Source: Isurus oxyrinchus
Lineage: Eukaryota
Assembly (NCBI GenBank): GCA_026770705.1
Contig: JANJGN010000008.1
Location: 25,544,001-25,608,000 of the forward strand
Length of the DNA: 64,000 nucleotides
Direction: 5' to 3'
Shown: in pieces, positions 12,762-22,644 of the stretch
Layout: the number at the start of each line of letters is the position of its first letter
How positions within the stretch are numbered: position 1 is the first letter of the stretch
Notes under the pieces: model-generated
Database searches by the model: none
The model's input: only the letters and a program-made list of their open reading frames with translations
What the model was told of the DNA's origin: nothing
Translations under genes and position numbers: made by a program

Positions 12762-13091
12762 TCACGACCTAAAGTTGTTGAATTCAATATTCAGACCGGA
12801 AGGCTGTAAGGTGCCTAGTCGGAAGATGAGGTGTTGTTCCTCCAGTTTGCGTTGGGCTTCACTGGAACAATGCAGTAAGCCAAGGACAGACATGTGGGCA
12901 AGAGAGCAGGGTGGAGTGTTAAAATGGCAAGCGACAGGGAGGTTTGGGTCATTCTTGCGGACAGACCGCAGGTGTTCTGCAAAGCGGTCGCCCAGTTTAC
13001 GTTTGGTCTCTCCAATGTAGAGGAGACCACATTGGGAGCAACGAATGCAGTAGACTAAGTTGGGGGAAATGCAAGTGAAATACTGCTTCAC
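12762..13091 (-). pseudogene. Penelope GIY-YIG endonuclease domain (C-terminal part of a truncated ORF)
   Basis: NLVYCIRCSQCGLLYIGETKRKLGDRFAEHLRSV...PVACHFN...EQHLIFRLGTLQPSGLN, the PLE GIY-YIG signature. Confidence 0.9.
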
Positions 13092-13376
13092 TTGAAAGGA
13101 GTGTTTGGGCCCTTGGACGGTGAGGAGAGAGGAAGTGAAGGGGCAGGTGTTACATCTTTTGCGTGGGCATGGGGTGGTGCCATAGGAGGGGGTTGAGGAG
13201 TAGGGGGTGATGGAGGAGTGGACCAGGGTGTCCCGGAGGGAGCGATCCCTACGGAATGCCGATAAGGGGGGTGAAGGGAAGATGTGTTTGGTGGTGGCAT
13301 CATGCTGGAGTTGGCGGAAATGGCGGAGGATGATCCTTTGAATGCGGAGGCTGGTGGGGTGATAAGACCAGATTAA

Positions 13377-13418
13377 AGCTCTGATGATGAAGAGTCATAT
13401 GGACTCGAAATGTCAACT
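13377..13418 (+). ncRNA. Putative hammerhead ribozyme motif (CUGAUGA core)
   Basis: AGCT-CTGATGA-TGAA-GAGTC atatg GACTC-GAAA-TG-TC-AACT. Canonical core, with extra bases before stem II. Confidence 0.5.
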
Positions 13419-13477
13419 GTGTTCCTCTCCGCAGATGCTGTCAGACCTGCTGAGTTTTTCCAGCTATTTTTGTTTTT
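13384..13477 (+). mobile_element. Short Penelope terminal-repeat insertion, opposite orientation to its neighbour
   Basis: Matches the PLE terminus (GACTCGAAATGTCAAC...CAGACCTGCTGAGTTTTTCCAG). Flanked by AGA(C/T)CAGATTAAAGCTCTG 19-bp duplications at 13365-13383 and 13478-13496. Confidence 0.8.
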
Positions 13478-13830
13478 AGATCAGATTAAAGCTCTGCAGT
13501 TCTGCTATATCCAGCCTCAAACAATGGTGGGCAACTAAGCAACTAATGGGAGGAGGAGGCCTTGTGAACGTTCCCATGTTCAATTATGGTAGAGCCCACA
13601 CGAGTGCCTAAGGGGCTGAAGTGTTCACAATCATTTTCAGGTAGGAATGTCGAGTGGATGATCCTACTCTGCCTCCTACTGAGGTCCCCAACATCACAGG
13701 TGCTAGCCTTCAGCCAGTTCAGTTCAATCCATTGGATATTAGTGATGAGTGCACTGAACACAACAAAAGCTATGAGTCCTGATAACATCCTGGCTGTAAT
13801 TGTGAAGATACATGTTCCAAACCGAATCAT

Positions 13831-14502
13831 GGGCAGAATTTTGCCCTTGTTGGGAGGGCACGGTGGGTGGGCCCAGGGGTGGTCGCGAAGCCAAACGCAG
13901 CCCACAATTGGGCCCCAACACGGATTTCACGCTAGCTGGCCAATTAGCGGCCAGCCAGCGTGAAATGTGCGCTGCAGCGCTGTCAGGATGGGGGTGGCAG
14001 GAGCGCGAGGGCTGATGTTCGGGTCTGGGCGCGGGTGGGTGCAGTAAAAGGTCCTTGAGGCACAGAACTGCCAAAGGGAGCTGAAGATTTTTATCATTAG
14101 AAATAAAGATATTTAAAATAATGCAAACATGTCCCCTCACGTGACTCCATCACATGAGCAGGGATACGTAAAATATGAGTGCAAGAAGTTTCTTTTTAAT
14201 AACTGGACGAAACTTTATCCCGCCTGTGGATGAGGTTCCGCCAATAACGCCAAAGCATCTTAGCCTTTTCGCCCGCCTGCCAACCAAACGGTTGGAAGGG
14301 CAGCGAAAAATTCCGAACAATTAGCTGATTAAGGGCCTTAATAGGCTACTTAATTGTTTGCTGGCGCACTGCCAACTCCCGCGCCCGCCTGCTGACCGAA
14401 ATATCGCGCGAGTGTGTGATGACGTCGGGATCACTCGTCCGATGTCATTGCACGTTGTTTTACGCACGTTTGGGCCCGCCCAGCGAGTGCAATATTCTGC
14501 CC
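13831..14502. mobile_element. Harbinger-like MITE (subfamily A)
   Basis: TIRs GGGCAGAATTTTGC / GCAATATTCTGCCC and a 3-bp TSD CAT. Confidence 0.9.
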
Positions 14503-15189
14503 CATACCTCTAGCCAAGATATTCCAGCACAGCTGCAACACTGACATCTATTTGACTCTGTGGAAAATTGCCCAGTGAGGTAGTCCACAAAAATTAGAAC
14601 AAAACCAATCTGATCAATAACCACCCTAATCAGTTTAATTTCAATCGTCCGTAAAGTGATGGAAGGAGTCATCAACAGTGCTTTCAAGGGGCACTTATAT
14701 ACCAATCACCCATTCATCTATGCTCAGATTGGGTGCTGCTAAGACCATTCCACTCCAGACCTCATTACAGCCGTGGTCCATACGTGAACACAATGGGTGA
14801 ATTCCAGAGGTGAGAAGAGTGTGACTGCCCTTGACATTGAGATAGCATTTGCATTAGTGTGGCACGAAAGAGCCTGAGTAAAACTGAAGTCAGTGGGGAG
14901 CAGGGTGGAACTCTACATGACTCTTGAACAAAGGAAGAGTTTTCTCTTGTTGAAGGCCAAACATCTCAACCTCAGAACATTGCTGCAGGAGTTCCTCAGA
15001 GCATCCAACCAGGCCCAATGATCCACTGTTGCTTCAGCAATGATGCTTTCGCAACATCAGAAGTCACTCATGATACAATAGAATAACTAGGTCTTTTTAC
15101 CAGTCAACAGAGTTAAGTTTGTTAACCCACATAGTATATTCATGCTTGGTATTATCACTACTGCAAGAATAACACTACATGTTTGTACA

Positions 15190-15530
15190 TTAAATGGCAT
15201 AGGTCGGTTGTGGGCCCATTCTGGTGTTGGAGCTAGAGCTGATTATTCAGATCTAAAGTTCTCAGACTTCCACAAATCTTTTTGGCATCTGCAAATTTGC
15301 AAACAGTTCTCCCTATGACTTTATCCAGAGCATTAATATAGATTGTGAAGAGCACTGTCCCTAATATCAATCTCTGCAGGAGTCTACTCATAACCTGTCT
15401 CCACATAGAACCACTACCATTAATAACAACCCACTGTTTTGGCAATGCAACCAATTCTTCGTGCAGGATGTCCCAGCCAATTCTGCAGGAGCCTAACTTA
15501 TAAAGTAACCTATTGTGTGGCAAGTTGTCA
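15190..15530 (-). mobile_element. Old CR1 LINE RT fragment
   Basis: PHNRLLYKL...LGTVLFTIYINALD...CKFADAKKI, degenerate CR1 RT motifs. Confidence 0.75.
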
Positions 15531-16572
15531 TGATCATGTTATTTAAAAAAATCCTAGCTGTATTTTTGTGATACAATTACAAGAGATTGGACTGTGGAAT
15601 AGAATCAGTAATCTCAAGTCCAATGGCTTTGTCCTATAATTAACCCAGGTGTGGTTAAACCTTTTAGTGCATTGGTGCTTCATAAAGCGACAAAGAAGGT
15701 TAAACTTTCCTGGCAGCTCCCAGTTTCTTCCCAGCTGTTCAGCCATTTCACCATATATTTGCCTGTGTTCATCAAGCCAAGAGGCTGCATGTTTGCATCT
15801 ATCGCAAGTTTCTTACTCGTCTCAAATAGGGATGGGTGGGCAGCATCACAATTAAGCTTTCTCAATGGAATTATTGACTTGTTCTTCAAGTGTAGGAGCC
15901 CATTTATCAGCCCACTGGTCAATTTTGTCTATAATCTGCCTCCAGTGATTCAGTCACTGCTTGTCTGGTTTTAATTAGTTTTAACATACTTCTGTGTTTT
16001 CTGTCCTTTTTTAGTTAAAATAGCATGAGTTGAGGTCATCAACTGGCTGTTAGTTTGGGCGAGGCGGTGCTGGAAAAAAGGCTGTGTAATGGAATTGAAT
16101 TAACACACAGTTAAAGTATTGTAGAGGAAGATTTCCAATGTAGAGTATGTACAATCAAATTAAAAATCCAATTTAATGCACTGATTTTTAAAGTCACACA
16201 GATCCCTTGCATTATTATATGCAGTGTTTGCAGTGTTATTGGTGTTCCATTATTAAAACATTGCTTTCTTGATGGAATTGTCTGGTCTGTTCTCCTACAG
16301 TTACCTAGACATTAACTGTGAAGTAACTGGCTTGATCTCAGCTGGACTATCAAGACAGTTGTGCCAGATTCTTCTCCACATGGACAGGTGGATAACTAGA
16401 GCTGTACCTACATAACTCTTGATGGTCAGATGCATGGCAATATTGCCAGGGGCACAGATGTTCATCTGTTGCCTGCTTTTTCATTGTGGTATGATATGCA
16501 GACAACTTGGATGTATCAACAGGATACATGGAAACAAAAAGTAATTATTTTAAAACTGAGTTGCAAAACATT

Positions 16573-17333
16573 GGACAGAATTTTGCCCTCGGTTGGCGGG
16601 CGGACCTCACCGGCTCGGCGGTGGGCGGGCAGCCAAACTCCGCTGCTGAAACGGGGCTGGCTGCCATTTTGAGTGGGTGAGCCAATTAAGGCCCGCCTAG
16701 CGGCCTGCCCGACAGGAAGTGCTATGAGCTTCCTGTGCGGGGTCAGGGGGGTTGGGGTGGTGGGGGGTGGGGGGGGGGGGGGGGGGGGGGGGGGGGTGGA
16801 GGGATTCCCCATCTGTCAAAGTGCGCTCTTTCGTGCATATGTGCGAAAAAGTATACATCTACCTGAGACTAAGTGCTGTCTCAGGGACATTACTGACAGT
16901 GTCAAAAACATTAAAAATAGAAAATTATAAAAATGATTAACACGTCCCCCTCATGTGACAATGTCACACGAGATGGGGCGTGTAATAAAAAGGACATAAA
17001 CTTTATTGAAGTTTTTAAAAAACAGACATGAAACCTCATCCCGCCAATGGATGAGGTTTCATGTATTATCAGAAGCCTGCTGGGGCTCCTGGCCTGCCCA
17101 CCAGCCTTAAGGTTGGACGGGGAGGGTCTTTAATTATCTTAATGACCCTGTCAATGGCCTCAATTGGCCATTGACAGGTCGGCAGGCAGACAGCTGATTT
17201 TGCTGTCCGCCCGCCTTCCTAAAAATTTATAGGGACCGGAATGACATCGGGGGTTCCTCCCGCATCATCCCGTGTCATTTTCCCATTGGCGAGCGGGCCC
17301 CGCCCCCAAACCGCCGACAGGAAAATTCTGGCC
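16573..17333. mobile_element. Harbinger-like MITE (subfamily B) with expanded poly-G
   Basis: TIRs GGACAGAATTTTGCC / GGAAAATTCTGGCC and TSD ATT. Internal hairpins are shared with the other B copies. Confidence 0.9.
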
Positions 17334-18386
17334 ATTATTTTATTTTGCTTTTAACACCATATATATTATTTCGGTATCCGATCAACTTTAAGGGATGCAA
17401 ATCTACTCATGGTAATTCAGCTCCTTTGTGTTATTGGGCTCAGTAACTCCTCGCATAGTCAATACATTATACTATTGATTGTATTTTTACTGGTATTAAT
17501 CCAATTTCCTCACGTTGTCAAACTCAGTAACTCCTCCCACCTATCATTCTACATTACTGATTGCAGTTTTACCAGTGTTAATCCAGCTCCTACTATCAGC
17601 CATTGTACTACTTCTCTGTTGTGCTTGTTTGAAGTTGTTCATTAACAATCCCACAACTGCTGTAAGGGGATTGCATTTATTCTCCTGAAATGCCTCTAAG
17701 CCAAGGGGAATAGAGGAGACAGTAATCATTCAGTAAACAATGATTCTTCAAATCTTAACGTGAATTAAAATCTATAATCCATAAGAGAATTGAAAGAAAC
17801 AATTACTTTATGATGTGAAGTACTTCACCTTCCCATAGGCATATTGCCCATTGATTTAGACAGATATTATGGCTTTATACAAGTAATGTTGTTTTTAAGC
17901 CAGGTAATATGTCTTACATTTATCTTCCTTTTGATTTAAATTCACTTAAATGCAGTGTTGCATCTGTGGCAGTGGGAATTAGATACTAACTTGCACATGT
18001 AGAAGTTTGGAGAGTACGTATTGAAACTATTTAAAATAAACCCCAGTCTGACAAGTTCTGATTGCTTATTATTTGACCCTGCTAAAAGGTCATTGTAGTA
18101 ACTAGATGTGTTGACCCTCCCTCACTCATCATGTGATGCAATTATGGGGGCTTCGACCAATAAGCTTTTTGGGAGGGTAATCCTGTGGGCGGGGCTTCTG
18201 ACAGACTGATCGCGTCTAGCGTGCAAGCTCCTCTACATGTCTCCTAAATAAAATTTAGCCTTTTCTTCACCAAACCTGCCGCTCCATCAAGTTGTTACAT
18301 TTGGCGACGAGGATAAAACCGAGCTCTGCGGCATACTTCACCCTGGTTGGTGTGAGTAAAACGAAGGTGAACAATACTTACCAGTC

Positions 18387-20898
18387 ATGCTACTGTTTGG
18401 AAGAATCAATTCATATGATGCTAACATTGAAGATTGGAGTCAGTATGTCGAGCCACTTGGGTTCTATTTCATTGTGAACAAGATTACTGCTGAAGAAAAA
18501 TGTAAAGCTATCCTGCTGAGTGCATGTGGAAGCAAAATGTATAATCTGATTCAAAACCTGACTACCCCGAACGCACCCAGTTCTAAGTCGTACAGGGAGT
18601 CACTGGAACTTTCCGCCCAAATCACCTGTGATTGTGCAGCGCTCCAAATTTAATTCGAGAGTTTGCGCCCTGGGAAAGTCCATCGCTACCTTTGTGGTGA
18701 ATCTGAAACAGTTAACTGAATACTGTGGGCAGAATTTTCCCACCGTTGGGGGCGAGTTGATGGGCTGGCACGTGCGGATGCACTTCCGATCAGAGGCGTG
18801 GCGCCATATTACGTGGGTGGGCCAATTAAGCGCTGTGCACTCCCTATGCAGGCGAGGGGGTAATCCTTAAAATCGAGAGTGTGGTCTTTCACGCATGCGC
18901 ACGAAAAAGCGCACTCATCTCCCTGAGGCTAAGTGCTGCCTCAGGGAGATCGGCTCTACTTGCAACAATATTAAAAGTAGAAAAAAAATTCCCTTACATG
19001 TCACCTCATGTGACAATGTCACATGAGTTGGGACATCTTCATAATTTCCATAACAACTTTATTAAAATTTTTAAAACGCTACTTGAAACCTCATCCCGCC
19101 GCTGGATGAGGTTTCATGTTTTTTCTATTTGCCACCGGGGCTCCTGGTCTGTCCACCAACTTTAAGGTTGGACGGGCAGGTCCTTTAATTGCTTAATTGA
19201 TCCTGTTAATGGTCTCAATTGGCCATTGACAGGTCAGTGCACGTGCAGCTAATTTTGCTGTGCCCCCACCTTCCTGAAAATTTAAATGGGGCACGGTGAT
19301 GTCTGGAGTTCCGCCCGACGTCATCCCGCATCATTTTATGCATCGGTGAGTGGGCCCTGCCCCCTGCTCGCCAATGGTAAAATCCTGCCCTGTGTGTTTG
19401 GGGATGCCTTGAATGATATGCTGCAGGACAGACTTGTGTGTGGAGTCAAGGACAATGCCCTGCAGCACTGCTTGCTAGCCAAATCCAACATTGAGTTCAA
19501 GCGCACCCTAGAACTTTCTCTATGGAAAGTGCCATGAAAGACTCGCAGGCTTTGCAGCATGTGGATAATGGTGTCGTACTTCATATTGTGCAGGAGCCTG
19601 CCGTTGAGCAAGCGTGAAAAACAGAACAGCAGATTTTAAACGCAATACTGTGCCCACTACACAAAGACTTAGGAAGCCTAATGGCAACTCACCAGCTAAG
19701 ATAAGCATTTGCTACAGAAATAGAGGAAATCACGGTGTAGCCGCTTGAGATTCAAAGAGTCAGAATGTAATTATTGCCACAGGAAAAGGACACCTGGTTA
19801 GGCAGTGAAGAACAAAGGATAGGCAACCAGAAAAACAACAAACAAATCTGATTGAGCTAACTGAGACAGCAGAGGCTGAGGCTGCTACTACTAATGTATA
19901 CTCTTTGTACCATATGATTGCTGTTAAACCTGAGGCCATTGCAGTGACACTGCAAGTGAATGGCAAGCAACTGCAGATGGAGGTGGATACCCGAGCTTCA
20001 ACTACTGTTGTTGGGGAGCACATGTTCAAGTACCTCAGTGAAGGGAGTCAGCCATTGACATTGGAGCAGACATCTGCCAAACTGCAAGTTTACACTGGGG
20101 AACCCCTCATGTCAAAGGCGTTGCTGCTGTCCCAGTCTGCTACAAACAACAGACAACTCAACTGTCTGGTAATCATAAAGGGGGAGGGCCCCAGCCTTTT
20201 GGTTGGAAATTGACTGCAGAAAATAAAATTTGACTGGACAGAAATATTCCATTTGAAGTCTGATGGAATCCCAGAACTCTTGAAGAAATATGACACTGTT
20301 CTTCAAGACTAATTGGGAAAACTGAAGGGCATGCAAGCTAAAATGCACATCGATCCTCAGGTAACACTATGTTTCTTCAAGGCCAGGCCACTAAAAAATA
20401 TGGAAGCAGAGTTGTGAAGCTTGGAAAACCTGGGAATAATTCAGCCTGGCCAGTTTTCTGAGTGGGCCACACCCATAGTCCATTCCAGTTGTCAAGTCAG
20501 ACCAGACCATATGTATATGCAGTGACTACAAACTGACAGTTAACAAAGCAGCAACGTTAGACAAATAACCCATTCCTGGAATCGATAATTTGTCCGCCAG
20601 GTTAGCAGGAGACAAGTCATATACAAAACTGGACATGAACCAATTAACAAATTAGAATTGGATAGCACGTCAGGAGAATATGTGACAATTAATACCCATG
20701 AAGGCCCCTACAAGTACACCCGGTTACTTTTTGGAGTTTCATCAGCATGTGCTATTTTTCAGCGAACCATGAAGAGTCTCCTTCAGGGACTTCCATGTGT
20801 GATCATGTACTTAGATGACGTTCTCATCACTGGACTGACCGAAGCTGAACATTTAGCCAACCTTGAAGATGTGCTGAGAAGATTTATGGAAGCAAGTG
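18387..20898 (+). pseudogene. Element B gag, protease and N-terminal RT (disrupted)
   Basis: MLLFGRINSYD...WSQYVE (gag), LQDRLVCG, MEVDTRAS (protease), YKYTRLLFGVSSACAIFQ...YLDDVLI (RT). Confidence 0.88.
18727..19390. mobile_element. Harbinger-like MITE (subfamily B) inside element B gag
   Basis: TIRs GGGCAGAATTTT / AAAATCCTGCCC and TSD TGT. Removing it restores the gag reading EYCVFGD. Confidence 0.92.
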
Positions 20899-20979
20899 TG
20901 CCATGAATGTATAATAATTCTCATAATATTATTGTGATTTATTGTAAATGGAGGTTAATAGTGGGGTTTCGATAATTTC

Positions 20980-20984
20980 TGTGT

Positions 20985-21018
<34 letters not shown>
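20980..21018 (+). repeat. (TG)n microsatellite in the 5' LTR of element D
   Basis: Visible TG run, much shorter in the 3' LTR (~26596-26606). Confidence 0.9.
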
Positions 21019-21021
<3 letters not shown>

Positions 21022-21230
21022 GCGGGGAGGGGGGGGATTAAATTAAATTGGAGACAACTGGTCTGGAAGCTTTTAATCATCAAAAAGAAGTTAGGTTTGA
21101 AATGCTAAACACATAAGCATGGCTGACGTTTTAGAACGTGAGGTGTAAGGAAAATTTTAATTTTTAGATAAACCAGTGTAGTTTGAATTTCAAAGAGATG
21201 GTAAGGTGTTATACCTAGCCAGAAGAAACT

Positions 21231-21910
21231 AAGCAGAATTTTGCCCTCGGATGGCGTGTGGGCCTCACCGGCTCGGCGGCGGGTGGCCAGCCGACCCCCG
21301 CCATTGAAACGGGGCCCGCCGTCATTTTAAGTGGGCGGGCATCCCTGACAGGAAGCGCTATGCCTTCCTGTTCTGGGGTGGGGGGGAGGGATTCCCCATT
21401 TGTCAAAGCTCATGTGCACGAAAGAGTGCACTTTTTCCTGAGGCAAAGTCCTGTCTCAGAGAGAATACTGACAGTGGAAAAAAACTTTAAAAATAGAAAC
21501 ATTAAAAAATTATTAACATGTCCCCCTCATGTGACAATGTCACACGAGATGGGACATGTTAATAAGGAACACATAAACTTTATTAATTTTTCACAAAATG
21601 GTCATGAAACTTCATCCCGCCAGTGGATGAAGTTTCGTGAATAATCAGAAGCCCGCTGGGGCTCCTGGTCTGCCCGCCAGCCTTAAGCTTGGATGGGCAG
21701 GGTCTTTAACGATCTTAATTAGCCTGTCAATGGCCTCAGTTGGCCATTGACAGGTCGGCGGGTGGACAGCTGATTTTGCTGTCTGCTCGCCTTCCTAAAA
21801 ATTTAAATGGACCTGGATGACGTCGGAGATTCCTCCCGATGTCATCCGGCATCATTTTCCGCTCAGCGACCCGGCCCCGCCCCCAAATCACCGAGGGGAA
21901 AATCCTGGCC
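21231..21910. mobile_element. Harbinger-like MITE (subfamily B) in the 5' LTR of element D
   Basis: TIRs AAGCAGAATTTTGCC / GGAAAATCCTGGCC. Absent from the 3' LTR at the equivalent site (~26828). Confidence 0.9.
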
Positions 21911-22644
21911 AGTGAGTTTATTTTTTTACCAAAGGAAACATGAGCAAATGAAAAGATTTATATTTTGAGAAAGGTAAAGTTCCAAAGACATAGTAGAACA
22001 ATGGAATTTGCATTAAAAGGGAAAAACCTGTATAAAGGTGTATGAGGCTATGTGTCAAGGAGGAAAAGGCATTATAAGATCTAACAAAAGTGTAAAAAGC
22101 TTCCAGCTTCTATGCATCAAGTTGCTGTCTACAGGAACCCAAGCTAAGAAAACTCACTTTGAATTCCCCTATCCAGGGTATTGTGTTGCTTTGCTAAGGC
22201 CTGTTTGAATCTATTTGTTTTTTACTGTTGACTTAACGGAGGTGTAACTGGGAGCCAGATTAATTAGGGGTTTTAGGAGATATTATTGTAGTAATTTGTC
22301 AACCTATGTATATACTTGAAATCTTTTCTTTTGTTAATAAATGCTTAATTTAGTTTTCTAAAAAAGTTCTGGAATCACAGTAGTCTTTTTACTTCTGAAT
22401 TCAGGGTACGCATCTCAAAATAAAATACAAATTGCAAAACTGTCGTGACTGCGTGATTGAGTTTCCCTCATGGATTTGATCCGCTTGGCACACATCATCT
22501 GCCATGTCATAACAAATTGGGGACACTTTGTGGGATATTTGAAATTCCTTGATTGGCCTGGAGTAGGTGAATCTTAAGGTTATGAATAAGAGAAGCACTT
22601 TAAATTCAAGAGTTTGCCTATTTTAAAGTGGTGAGGTTGCAAAA

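Larger units (their letters stand above)
12268..13364 (-). mobile_element. 5'-truncated Penelope-like element (GIY-YIG endonuclease end plus terminal repeat)
   Basis: Contains the GIY-YIG ORF 12762-13091 and the terminal repeat at 12268-12370. TSD AGACCAGATTAAA at 12255-12267 and 13365-13377. Confidence 0.9.
11880..15060 (+). mobile_element. Decayed CR1/L2-group LINE ORF2 fragment hosting two Penelope insertions and a MITE
   Basis: RT motifs near 14745-14870 (HSTPDLITA...VTALDIEIAFALVWH, cf. LDIKAAFDRVWH) and KAMSPDNILAVIVK at 13766-13807. Many stops and frameshifts. Confidence 0.7.
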
